Shown: in pieces, positions 9,641-19,394 of the stretch
Numbering within the stretch: the first letter of the stretch is position 1
How the letters are laid out: every line of letters begins with the position of its first letter
DNA from: an uncultured candidate division Zixibacteria bacterium
GTDB taxonomy: Bacteria; Zixibacteria; MSB-5A5; GN15; FEB-12
Length of the DNA stretch: 64,000 nucleotides
Assembly: GCA_963664195.1 (NCBI GenBank)
Contig: OY760907.1
Span: 1-64,000, forward strand
Direction: 5' to 3'
Program-made: the position numbers and the translations under genes
The notes under the pieces: generated by a model
Database searches by the model: none
Seen by the model: only the letters and a program-made list of their open reading frames with translations
What the model was told of the DNA's origin: nothing

Positions 9641-9852
9641 CACGATTCTCCTTGATATGAACAAATGTGCTATGTACCGACAGGGATCGTCCCGCACGCA
9701 ATCTCAAATGTGTGTGTCTCGAAGTGCCGCCGGAGCCGGAAATACAGATACCGGCAGGTACGGGACCGTCTTTGCCCTCATGCTATCAATATAGACAGAA
9801 CGGGCTTTTTGTCAATAAAAGGGATTGGAGATGTGTCAATACGCCGCAAGTG

Positions 9853-9882
9853 AAAGCGGCCATGCTCTGAAGTATGGCCGCT
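9853..9882 (-). terminator. Intrinsic terminator
   Basis: AGCGGCCATGCT/AGTATGGCCGCT stem. Confidence 0.65.
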
Positions 9883-9906
9883 GTATCTCACACAAATGCG
9901 AGTTTC

Positions 9907-10707
9907 CTACGGACACGGTGGCAGCGGATCAAGGCTGATATAGAGATGATCGATCATGGCGGTCTGGTCTCCCATTGAGACGTATCCATCACCGTCTATA
10001 TCACCTGCTTCCGGGCAACTCAGAGGAGCAAGCGAAATATACAGATGGTCGATCAGCACGTTCAGATCGCCCATCGTAACAAGCCCGTCGGCGCTCTCAT
10101 CGACATTGCCTAGCGTTCCGATGCAGCAAGAACCGGACTCTGCGTAAGCAACCTTGGGACCTTCCCAACGAGGGGCATACGACACTCCAGGGCCTACGCA
10201 GAAGAGCAGCTTAGAGCCGTTGCTGAATGTCAGCGTATCAACGACAATTGAATCTCCTTCCCCCCATTGGTCAGCGGTGAAGTAGTAGCTGCCCCACAGT
10301 TGCGGTTCTGGCGAGGAAGGAATGCCTACACCTTGTGTCCGAAATCCTGCGAACTGCAGCAATTGTCTTGCATTCGTCGAGTCAATGTTGTTCTTGTAAT
10401 AGAGTACCTTCAGAAAATTGAACGCTGTATCCACCATGGGCGACGGCCTCGCGCTGTCCAAGTGAAGTCCTTGGGCGTCCCAGTGAAACCCGGAGCTTGC
10501 AGAGGTGATGTTCCCACCGTCGTTGAAACCATACAGGTCTAATTGGATGGCTGACTGTCCGGGTGAGGCCGACGGCAGAACGGAGAAAACCAGGTTTATG
10601 GAGTCGGGGGCTCCCACGTCCTGAGGTGATTGAACAGGCTGCGCGAAAGTCAATGAGACCGGCAGAACGAGCGAGACCGCGAGACACAAGAATAGTCGAT
10701 TGAGCAT
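9907..10707 (-). CDS. Secreted protein: cohesin-like beta-sandwich plus dockerin-like module (no catalytic domain)
   Basis: Signal peptide. The domain PGQSAIQLDLYGFN...FHWDAQGLHLDSA...GIPSSPEPQLWGSYYFT has a cohesin-like strand pattern. CC..GNVDESADGLVTMGDL..CP tail. Confidence 0.65.
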   Translation of the reverse strand: MLNRLFLCLAVSLVLPVSLTFAQPVQSPQDVGAPDSINLVFSVLPSASPGQSAIQLDLYGFNDGGNITSASSGFHWDAQGLHLDSARPSPMVDTAFNFLKVLYYKNNIDSTNARQLLQFAGFRTQGVGIPSSPEPQLWGSYYFTADQWGEGDSIVVDTLTFSNGSKLLFCVGPGVSYAPRWEGPKVAYAESGSCCIGTLGNVDESADGLVTMGDLNVLIDHLYISLAPLSCPEAGDIDGDGYVSMGDQTAMIDHLYISLDPLPPCP

Positions 10708-10719
10708 TTTGAAACCCTC

Positions 10720-13166
10720 CTATTGGTTTGCCAACTCGGAACTGCTTTTTGGGCTAGGAAGCCAACCGGGGTCGGGGCATGCCTCCATCGGTATCAATGA
10801 GATGAACATACGGTCTACTAGCAGATTGAGGTCTTCAATACTAATGTCACTGACAAGTGGGTAGGGGCCGCCGCTGTGGTTAAGGTCTCCCGCCCAGAGG
10901 CAGATAAGCGGATCCAAATCAATGAATAGATGGTCGATCATGACGGTAAGATCACCCATTGTCACAAGTTCGTCCAAGCTGAGATCGACGTTTCCCATTT
11001 GGCCAAAGCAACACTGGCAACCGTGTTCATACCAGTTTTCGTAGAAGTCTCTGACATCGCCGAGAGGCGGGTTCTGCCGCCACACTTCGGCGAACTCAGG
11101 CAGCGTTCTCGGGTGATGCCCCCCTGTCTGCCGCTCCATCAGCGCCGTCCAAATCACACTCTCAGACAGACTCAGATTATCGCCGATCCCATCAGGGTAG
11201 GGCTGGCACGAAGTACCTGGGGTCCAGGGGGACCACCCCCATTTGTGTCGGTCGTCAGCAGACTGATCCCAGAGGTCCCAGAGAAAGCCAGCAACAGAAG
11301 ACTCCTCGCGATACCCATAGTTCCCTGCAGAAAAGAGGCAGCCGGCATGAGACCGCTTGTCTCCTGTCTCCACATCGGAAGACGTCCAAAACTGAAGATT
11401 GTCTCCGTATCTGTTATACAACACGGGGTCATCCTGCAGTATCGCGCCGATGAAATGGGCGCAACCTTCGGAGGCAGCCAGTTCTAGACTGTACCGATTG
11501 CCCCACAAGTGTCTGTCGCCAGGATGATCGCGGAAAAAACCGAAGAAGTCCTCCAGAAAATGGCCGTACTCATGTAGTATTACACTTTTATCCCACGTGT
11601 CCGGCCAGCAAGAATCCGGGCACTGAGCGCTCTCGACATGGATAGTGTTTGCGGAAAAATAGTAACAAGATGGTGTCATGTCCGGCGACCAGACAACTTC
11701 GACTGGTCCCGGATCATGCGAGGCGTCTGTCAGCGATATCCATCGTGACCTCGCGTCGCGAACCACATCCACTATGAAAAGGCCCCGCTCTCCGCTTCTG
11801 TTATGGTATCGTTTTCGACAAAGACACCGCTGGGATGCTCTTCATAGACGTCCGCTTGCACATAATGCTCATCCCCGCCGGCTTCCTGCGTGATGTAACA
11901 GGCATCGTCTTCCAGATTCTCCGGATAGAATCGGAAATACACATCCAGCTGTGGCCCCGGAATCATCTCTTCGTTCGGGATCGGATCGAACTCGAAGTAG
12001 CCGTTGATATCGGTCGTCGTTGTATCGAGTTCATCATCGGGATTGGGAAACAGATCGTCGTCCATCATCTTCACTTTCACGTTGCGAGCTGGAACAGTAC
12101 TGTCGCCATTCTTGTCATAATAGTACAGATGTCCCTCGTACTTGATAGTTCCTTGTTGCGGAGTGAACCAAGGAGAGAAGGCGTTATTATTGATTTGCCA
12201 GCCGTCGTCAGGAACGCCGTCCTGCACAACTTCAGCCCCCACCCTGTGTTCCTCCGAATCTGACCATGTGTACGGGACATCCAGGATATACTGCGTTTCA
12301 TTGTGCGACAACCCGTCGAAGTGCTCTTCCCAGAAAAGCGTCATTCCCTTCTCTCGGTCGAAGTCGTACAAACTGACGGTGAAGCCTTCAGATGGCGTTA
12401 TTGGCCCGAAGTTCACGACCGCGACATCTATATAGGCCTCCTGCCCCTTGGTGATGACGTCCTGGTTCTGCGTGTGTTCATCCTTGGACACCACGACATA
12501 TCCAGGCCAGTCGGGTGGAACACAGAAGCCCAAATCGGCGGACGTAGGAGATACTTGTGGTGACGTCGTCCCACGCTGATTCGAGATACCGGGGATTAGT
12601 ACTACCTTGGTCGTAGGCCCGGTCACCGTGTCGCGCGGCAACTTTCTGCGAGGCGGTAGCTTTCTGCGCGGCTTAGGCTCGTGTGGCAGAGGCGGGCGGT
12701 ACGTTTTCTGAGGGCGGGCAGGCCAGTACTCTACAGTGTCCTCTGTCGTGACAAAGAAGCATGGGAGGTCAATCCACCACAACTCGCCACAGTCCAGCCT
12801 AATCTCAATAGAGCTTGTGTCATCGAGAGGAACTCTGAGGTCAAGTGTCCGTACAAAGGTAGGCTGTTTCTCCTGCTCAATGTAGAACGGCTGTATGGTC
12901 TCTGGGAACTCAACGTCAATACTCCACGACCGGGGGCCAAAGTACTCGACTCCCTCTCCCGCGTTGACAGTTGCCGTTACCGATGAACATCGCAGAAACG
13001 GCACCTCGATTATGAAATCCATAGTAACCGACCCGTCAGTCTCGTCAAAAGATTTTGGCTCGTAGCGGCCATGAACAGGATTGTTCGCCTCAGACGAGGC
13101 TGGTGCCGTGACAAGGGTCACAGTAATCCAGAATAGCACAAATGCGACTCGGAACAGATACTTCAT
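10720..13166 (-). pseudogene. Secreted zinc metalloprotease (HEYGH) with CARDB/Ig-like domains and dockerin-like tail, split by a 1-bp frameshift at ~11777-11780
   Basis: ORF 13166-11772 (signal peptide) ends ...SGAFS* and ORF 11772-10720 continues. One extra T in TTTT gives ...SGAFFIVDVVRDAR. VILHEYGHF motif with downstream SEG.AH. Could be a sequencing error. Confidence 0.75.
12166..12702. repeat. 537-bp near-exact repeat, copy 1
   Basis: Matches 38858-39393 except for one T. Shadow ORFs in both copies translate identically. Confidence 0.9.
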
Positions 13167-13233
13167 CAGAATCCTCCCCTGATTAGGAATTGAATGCGCA
13201 GCGTTATGCTGCATATCGGGCCCGACTATTCAT

Positions 13234-13262
13234 ATATTACACGTTTAGTATGGTCCTGTCAA
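13234..13262 (-). promoter_or_regulatory. Sigma70-type promoter
   Basis: TTGACA-N17-TAATAT. An equivalent promoter sits upstream of the paralog at ~39922-39950. Confidence 0.7.
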
Positions 13263-13313
13263 TCGTTTATACACATTCACCTGACTCCTTGACCAACTCT
13301 CATCAACCACAAC

Positions 13314-13343
13314 AAAAAAGCCTCCCACACAGTGGGAGGCTTT
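13314..13343 (-). terminator. Intrinsic terminator of the kinase gene
   Basis: AAAGCCTCCCAC/GTGGGAGGCTTT stem with T6 tract. Confidence 0.88.
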
Positions 13344-13371
13344 ATATCAAATCTGTGTACTTGAAATCAGC

Positions 13372-15072
13372 TTACTTAAACACGCCCGCGAAGAACATGA
13401 TCGTCAGCACGATCACCAGCAACGAGGCACCACCAACAAGGAACCACCAGATCGGCGGGCTTGTCTTCACCACCATCGGTTGCTCCGGCTGCATCTGTTT
13501 GCGACGACGGGCTTCGGCCTCGCGTTGTTCAAAATCGTCCCAGTCGAGTATCATCTCACCAAACGTCGGGTACCGATGAGCCACACGAATCGCCAGTAGT
13601 TTCTCGACCACGACCTGAAGGTCTTCGGGAATCGACTGAGCGACATCGTCGAGCCGCAACTTCCCGGAAGAATCGTAAGACGGATTACGTCCCGTGAGCA
13701 ATTGGTGGATGATCACACCCGCAGCGTAAATATCACCCTGCTTGGACTGCTTGTGTTCCGGCGGACTGTACCAGTTTTTCTTGCCGGCGGCGTCGTAGTG
13801 AACCGGCAAACCGAAATCGACTATCTTCACTACGTCATTAGCGTCGAACAGCACATTCGACGGTCTCAGATTACCGTGAATGATGTTGTTTTTGTGCGCG
13901 AAATCCATACCGCTTGCGATCTGCAGCATGATATCCATGGCCGTATGCCAGTTGTATTTGCGCAGCATGCGGTCGGCCAGCGAACCGCCGGGAGAGTAGT
14001 CGGCTATAATGACGGTCTGTTTTTTGTCGCCGCCGGAGCCGAGGATATTGTTGATATTCTTATGCTTGAGCGAGGTCAGCAGTTTGGCCTCTTTGCGACC
14101 CGCCTCTCCCTTGTTGTGCCGTTTGATTACGTACAGCTTCTTGCTGACTTCGTTTTCCACGAGCACCGTAGAGCCGAATCTTGATTCGTGGATAGTGTCG
14201 AGATACTTGCAGTTACCGACAAACGACTCCACCCCGCCAACGGCATAATCCGAGGCTTGTCTATCGGAGGCTCTTCCTCCAATGGAATTCAGGAGAGCGT
14301 TCTTGAGATCCACAGCCGATTGATAGCGGTCTTTCGGATCCTGCGCAAGACACTTGCGAACGATGTCATCATAGCGGTCGTCGATTTTCGAATTCAGTTC
14401 CGACGGCATCTTGAAACGTCCGAGAGGCTTCTTTTCGCACAGGATTTCGTATATGATCACGCCCATGGCGTAAATGTCTGTTGTCTGGTCGACATTTGTC
14501 GAACTGACCTTCTGTTCCGGCGACATGTAGGACAGCGTCCCCATGATGACATCCGACGACGTCATTTCGCCGTCAGGAGTCCCGACTATCTGGGCAATGC
14601 CGAAGTCAGCCACGCGCGGATTGCCCTGACGGTCGATCAGAATATTGGCCGGTTTAATATCGCGATGAATCACACCGTTTTTGTGCGCATACTCAAGTGC
14701 CTTGCACACCTGCGCCAGCATCTCAAGCTTGGTGACAATACCAACCCTGGGCGAGTCGATAACCTCGCGGAGCGAAGTGCCGTCGACGAATTCCATGACG
14801 AAATAATACCGGTTACCGGCCCGTCCCTTGTCGATGACGTGAACGATATTCGGATGGCTCAGTTTGGCGATGACCACTGACTCACGCTCGAAGCGGCGCA
14901 AAATCTCCGGATCGTCTGATAGCTTGGAGAAAAGAATCTTTATGGCTACATCGCGGGCAAGGGATTCCTGGCGGGCTTTGAATATCTCAGCAATCCCACC
15001 CTGACCGATCTTGCCGGTGAGGATGTAGTCCCCGATCTTTACTTGTTTCTTGGCTTCGGCAATACCGGTCAT
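13372..15072 (-). CDS. Hanks-type Ser/Thr protein kinase with a second degenerate kinase domain and C-terminal membrane anchor
   Basis: Domain 1: GQGGIA, VAIK, HRDIKPAN, DFG, YMSPE. Domain 2: VIK, HGNLRPSN, DFG, YSPPE. Hydrophobic C-terminal helix. Confidence 0.9.
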   Translation of the reverse strand: MTGIAEAKKQVKIGDYILTGKIGQGGIAEIFKARQESLARDVAIKILFSKLSDDPEILRRFERESVVIAKLSHPNIVHVIDKGRAGNRYYFVMEFVDGTSLREVIDSPRVGIVTKLEMLAQVCKALEYAHKNGVIHRDIKPANILIDRQGNPRVADFGIAQIVGTPDGEMTSSDVIMGTLSYMSPEQKVSSTNVDQTTDIYAMGVIIYEILCEKKPLGRFKMPSELNSKIDDRYDDIVRKCLAQDPKDRYQSAVDLKNALLNSIGGRASDRQASDYAVGGVESFVGNCKYLDTIHESRFGSTVLVENEVSKKLYVIKRHNKGEAGRKEAKLLTSLKHKNINNILGSGGDKKQTVIIADYSPGGSLADRMLRKYNWHTAMDIMLQIASGMDFAHKNNIIHGNLRPSNVLFDANDVVKIVDFGLPVHYDAAGKKNWYSPPEHKQSKQGDIYAAGVIIHQLLTGRNPSYDSSGKLRLDDVAQSIPEDLQVVVEKLLAIRVAHRYPTFGEMILDWDDFEQREAEARRRKQMQPEQPMVVKTSPPIWWFLVGGASLLVIVLTIMFFAGVFK

Positions 15073-15157
15073 GCTTGTTTCGCTTCCATACGTCAAAAGA
15101 AAAGGAACAGCATACAATTGCTGTCCCTATTATCATCGGCATAGTGCGGGAAAACGT

Positions 15158-16009
15158 TTATTTGACGAGGAGCATTTTTCTTGTAAGAGTGCCCTCGGAA
15201 TGAGTCAAACGGTAGAAATAGATGCCGCTGGGCCGATCGTCGGCCTCGAACGTGACCTCATACCGTCCGGCGTCCATCCGGCAGTCGGCCAGAGTAATAA
15301 CGTTCTGGCCGAGGATATTGTAGATATCGAGCCGTACATGACTGGCTGTGGGAAGCGCGAACGCAATCACAGTCGACGGATTGAACGGGTTTGGATAGTT
15401 CTGCGCGAGCGCGAATTCCGTAGGCAGATTTGAGTTGGAAGGGTCATCATCAACGCCGGTCGGGACAAAAACCGTGATCTCACCCGGGATGAAATCCGGG
15501 AGATAGATGGAAGTGCCCGTATTGTCGGTCACATCAATCCGGTTGTAAACGTGTACTCCGCCGATAATCTCGTCCGAATAGACCGAATCAACCGGTATGA
15601 TCGTCGCCTGGGCGTCGAGGGCCAGCGTGAACCAGAACTCGGCTACAACCCCCTCAGTGAAATCTACATCCGGCAGCGGATCGGAGTAAATAGCCGGAAT
15701 CACAGTGACTTTGGCTACTTTGGCAATATTGTCTATATGGTAATACCCGGCGAAATCATGAGTCCAGACAGAACTGGCCAGCGAAACAGAATCAAGGTGA
15801 AGTTGCGGGTTCGGGAACTTGATCGGAAGGGTCATCCCTGAGATGTCGACCGTATTGTTGCGCAGCCAGACCTTGAGACCGAAACTCTCCCCCGGACGAG
15901 CGGTGATCGAATCGACCGTCATCACCCCGGAATAGTCCTCGGTGCCAGCCGTCGCGGAACCCGCGATCAGAGTCAGCAGCAGAGCCAGTATTGTTGCATT
16001 CAGCTTCAT
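15158..16009 (-). CDS. Secreted cohesin-like domain protein with T9SS-A/FlgD-type C-terminal sorting domain
   Basis: Signal peptide, ARPGESFGLKVWLRNNTVDISGMTLPIKF..LHLDSV..GVVAEFWFT, then PTEFALAQNYPNPFNPSTVIAF...SGIYFYRL...RKMLLVK. Confidence 0.8.
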   Translation of the reverse strand: MKLNATILALLLTLIAGSATAGTEDYSGVMTVDSITARPGESFGLKVWLRNNTVDISGMTLPIKFPNPQLHLDSVSLASSVWTHDFAGYYHIDNIAKVAKVTVIPAIYSDPLPDVDFTEGVVAEFWFTLALDAQATIIPVDSVYSDEIIGGVHVYNRIDVTDNTGTSIYLPDFIPGEITVFVPTGVDDDPSNSNLPTEFALAQNYPNPFNPSTVIAFALPTASHVRLDIYNILGQNVITLADCRMDAGRYEVTFEADDRPSGIYFYRLTHSEGTLTRKMLLVK

Positions 16010-16096
16010 TTTGACGCCCTTTCAGTGGGGGCTGCGTGCCATATTCACTTAAACCTTTGACGGACAATAAGTAAGGTCCGTCGGCAGCCTTATCAG

Positions 16097-16112
16097 TGCA
16101 AACAGTATGCCG
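16097..16112 (-). promoter_or_regulatory. Sigma54-type (-24/-12) promoter
   Basis: CGGCATACTGTTTGCA has exact GG-N10-GC spacing, ~88 nt upstream of the 16009 ATG. Confidence 0.55.
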
Positions 16113-16377
16113 TAGGCCGCAACCGTGGCGGCGAGATAGAGGTCGCTTGGTGTAATTCGTTGTTATTATATGAGTTACGTAATAAGTGCGACGGGAGGAG
16201 TGTATCACCGGCGGACGCAAAAGAGCAAGACCATGCACGCTCACAGCACCGCGGTGACGGCACAAATAGGCAGTCCATTGCCGAGTTGGAAAGAGGACAA
16301 CGGTCACAGTGACCAGTGGCCGGTGCACGCCCAGACATGTACTCCCCGGGACTTGCCGGGTCGTGCCCGGCAAAACA

Positions 16378-17826
16378 TCAATTCGTTTTCACATTCACAA
16401 ACATCGTCTTGTTGAATCGCCAGATGAAGAAGATGATCTCGTCAGATCCCTGCTCCTGAAGCGCTTCCATCGCCGATGCCAGGTCATCGACAGCGGTAAT
16501 GTCCATTCCGTCAACACGCTGGATAACGTCGCCAAGCTGCATGCCGCCGATGTTGGCCAGACCGCCCTGCTTGAGTTCCGTAACAACCACACCGGAAAGC
16601 GAGCCTTGTTGGACATTGTACATCACGTAATCTGAGAACACGATGTCGCGTACTTTGAATTCGAGGCGCTCATCCTCATACTCGGGCGCGTCGGCGGCCG
16701 CCAGCGGGGCGGCGTCGAGTTCGGCAAGTAACCGTAATGTGTCCACCCGCTCTTCGACCGGCCGATACACGGAGAACTCGACCGAAGTGCCGGCTCCCAT
16801 GTCAGAGATTTTGCGCTGAAAGACGGCGAGTTCTTCCTCGCGGTCGACATCGACCGGTTGACTGTTGATTTCATATATGATATCACCGATCTGCAGACCA
16901 CACTCAGCAGCAGGAGACTCCGGGACGACATCGTTGATGATGATTCCTCCCGGGGCATCCACATTCAGGAACTCGGCAATGTCCGGCGTAAGCGCCTGGA
17001 GCGTGATACCGAGCCAGGCCCGGTCGACCTTGCCTTTCTGCGGCGGATCAGCAATCAATTTCTTGAGGCGTTCACCGGTGATAACTCCCAGCAGCGGAAA
17101 ATCGAACTGGCCGTAGGAATCCATCAGACCTCCGACATCCCCTTCCGACTCGGAGGGGTCACTGAGAACTCCTAATACACCCACCGGCTTCAGGTCGGCG
17201 TCAAAAAGCACTGACGTGATCTCCATTCCGCTGAAACCGGACGTGAGAGCGAACTCCTCGGGCATAGTGGCGAGTGCCGAAACCATCCCTGTTTCGATTG
17301 CCAGCGACGGGTCAACAAACTCCGGCAACAGCACGTATGAGGCAAGCCAGTCGCCAACCTTGAATTTCCGCCCCGAAACGAATTTGACCGGTTTGAACTT
17401 CGCATCCCCGGCGCCCATGATACGGGCGAATCCGATCCGGGTATCACGGTCGACACCGACATACTCAGCATCAAACGTCTCCCCGTCAGATGTAGTCACC
17501 TCAATCCTCGTGGGAGTAGACTTGAAAGCAAACGACGACATCGACGACATAGGGTTGTTGTCACTGATGAAGCCGCCATCAAAAATCAGCAGCCCCTCCT
17601 CGGTCACGATTGTACCGAGCAGCCGCTGTTCATGTTCGTTTGTTTGCATCCCGAAAGAGACTTCAATTTGCACCTCAACGGTCACCAGATAGTCAGTCGC
17701 GTCCCGCCCCATTGCCTGAAAATCGAAATCCTGGGCCCGCACCTGAACGGCCGGTAAAAGCAGAAGGGCGAGCAACAACGCGTGCGCCAGTTTCCATCCT
17801 CGTGTTTCTGCGAGATATCTATTCAT
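16378..17826 (-). CDS. HtrA-like protein with two PDZ domains and a catalytically degenerate trypsin-like domain
   Basis: Signal peptide, RAWLGI, PAAECGLQIGDII and GMQLGDVI PDZ motifs. No TNxH, D or GNSGG. Confidence 0.8.
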   Translation of the reverse strand: MNRYLAETRGWKLAHALLLALLLLPAVQVRAQDFDFQAMGRDATDYLVTVEVQIEVSFGMQTNEHEQRLLGTIVTEEGLLIFDGGFISDNNPMSSMSSFAFKSTPTRIEVTTSDGETFDAEYVGVDRDTRIGFARIMGAGDAKFKPVKFVSGRKFKVGDWLASYVLLPEFVDPSLAIETGMVSALATMPEEFALTSGFSGMEITSVLFDADLKPVGVLGVLSDPSESEGDVGGLMDSYGQFDFPLLGVITGERLKKLIADPPQKGKVDRAWLGITLQALTPDIAEFLNVDAPGGIIINDVVPESPAAECGLQIGDIIYEINSQPVDVDREEELAVFQRKISDMGAGTSVEFSVYRPVEERVDTLRLLAELDAAPLAAADAPEYEDERLEFKVRDIVFSDYVMYNVQQGSLSGVVVTELKQGGLANIGGMQLGDVIQRVDGMDITAVDDLASAMEALQEQGSDEIIFFIWRFNKTMFVNVKTN

Positions 17827-19201
17827 CGGACACCTCTTCCTCCCCTGGTTCTTTGTCCTCCACGCTCATCACAACTAAACGCATGGCGCCGCTCCGTTCG
17901 ACCGTCAGCAGCACTTTCTCAGTCCCGTTGTTTGAAAGACTGGTGTAAACGGCGATCAACTCCGCCAACCCCCCGACCGGGGCCCGGTTAATACTCTTGA
18001 TTACATCCCCTCTGCGAAGACCGCCTGAATCTGCCGGGCCAACCCTTTTTACTCCGACCACCAGCGCCCCCGTCGTATCTTTCAACTGCTGGGCTATTTG
18101 CATCTGCTGTGTGATTTCCTTGACAGTAATACCCCAGTCGGAACACTCGAAATCTTCCCCCTGAAGCTCGCCCAGAGAGGATGTCTTCAGGTCAAACGAA
18201 AAGACCTCGTCGCTCCTGAGTACTTTCAAGTTGATGTCGCTGCCCGGCGGGTGGCTGGCAATCGTCTTGTAGAAGGCCGGAAGCTCCTCGAGAAATCGAG
18301 CCGACACCGGTTTGCTGTCCACTTCGAGAATCACATCACCCGCTTTGAGAAAACCCGCCTCGGCGGGTGAACCGGGATCAATCGACGCGATCAACACACC
18401 GGTGTTGCGTCCGGTGCCGAAATACCCTTCCAACTCCTGCAACGCCTGAGCATGGACACCAATCCAACTGCGCGTAACGGAACCGTGATCCAGAATTTCC
18501 GAGGTAACTTCCTTGACGATATTTATCGGGATGGCGAATCCGAGATTGTTAGCGAGAAAAGTAGCCCTGGAATTGATGCCGATAACCCGGCCGTCGAGGT
18601 CCACCAGCGGCCCACCGGAGTTGCCGGGATTAATGGCGGCATCAGTCTGAATCCACAGATTGTAACGGCCGGTCCGTTCGCCGGAGGGCAGGCGATAGTC
18701 GCTGGAGAAATAGCGGTCTTTGGTCGAAATCACGCCCGAAGACACCGATCGCGCAAGGGCCAGCGGCGATCCCATTGCCAATACCTGCTGACCGACCTGG
18801 GTCTCATCGGAGTTACCGAGTGCGGCAACGTTTATCTTTCCCTCGTAATTATCCAGTTGCAGCTTCAATACAGCGATGTCGGTCGAGGGATCACCACCAA
18901 CATACACCGCCGGCACCTGCTCCTTGTCGTAAAGCGTGCAAATGATTCGCACGGCTTTTCCGGCGACATGATAGTTGGTGACGACATATCCGTCCGGGTG
19001 AAAGATCACTCCGGAGCCGATCTGCGCCTGTTTCTTGAGTTCGCCGGTGCGATAATCTTTGACAACCGGCTGAATATGAACGAGGGCCGGCAGGACTCTG
19101 TCCCGCGCCTCATATATTCTCTTCTGGATGGAATCATCCTGACCCACGGCTGCGCCGGACATCAATGCAACCGCCAATAGGGCCAGTAGTGCTCGTTTCA
19201 T
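17819..19201 (-). CDS. DegP/DegQ (HtrA) family serine protease with two PDZ domains
   Basis: GSGVI..DGYVVTNYHV, DIAVL and IQTDAAINPGNSGGPL motifs. Signal peptide MKRALLALL. Confidence 0.95.
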   Translation of the reverse strand: MKRALLALLAVALMSGAAVGQDDSIQKRIYEARDRVLPALVHIQPVVKDYRTGELKKQAQIGSGVIFHPDGYVVTNYHVAGKAVRIICTLYDKEQVPAVYVGGDPSTDIAVLKLQLDNYEGKINVAALGNSDETQVGQQVLAMGSPLALARSVSSGVISTKDRYFSSDYRLPSGERTGRYNLWIQTDAAINPGNSGGPLVDLDGRVIGINSRATFLANNLGFAIPINIVKEVTSEILDHGSVTRSWIGVHAQALQELEGYFGTGRNTGVLIASIDPGSPAEAGFLKAGDVILEVDSKPVSARFLEELPAFYKTIASHPPGSDINLKVLRSDEVFSFDLKTSSLGELQGEDFECSDWGITVKEITQQMQIAQQLKDTTGALVVGVKRVGPADSGGLRRGDVIKSINRAPVGGLAELIAVYTSLSNNGTEKVLLTVERSGAMRLVVMSVEDKEPGEEEVSDE

Positions 19202-19346
19202 TCTTGCTCCTGCAATGTCGTTTATTCTCTGGCCGCGCCACCGATAGAACCTCATCGGCCTACCGTCGAAAGTATATAGGTCAACAATACTTGTCGGCAA
19301 GATGTTTCATCTGCATTTGATACACGCAAGACGTGGGAGTGGAACG

Positions 19347-19374
19347 AAAAAACCGCCCTGGGACGGGCGGTTTT
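19347..19374. terminator. Intrinsic terminator
   Basis: AAAAAACCGCCC-loop-GGGCGGTTTT. Confidence 0.85.
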
Positions 19375-19394
19375 CGCAATCTTGAGAAGCCGGC

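Noticed and set aside
11772..11790. Programmed -1 ribosomal frameshift
   Set aside because: No X XXY YYZ heptamer in frame and no evident stimulatory structure.
16200..16235. GGACGCAAAAG as a c-di-GMP-I riboswitch
   Set aside because: It lacks the upstream GGCAAA/P2 GNRA elements and is on the wrong strand for the downstream gene.
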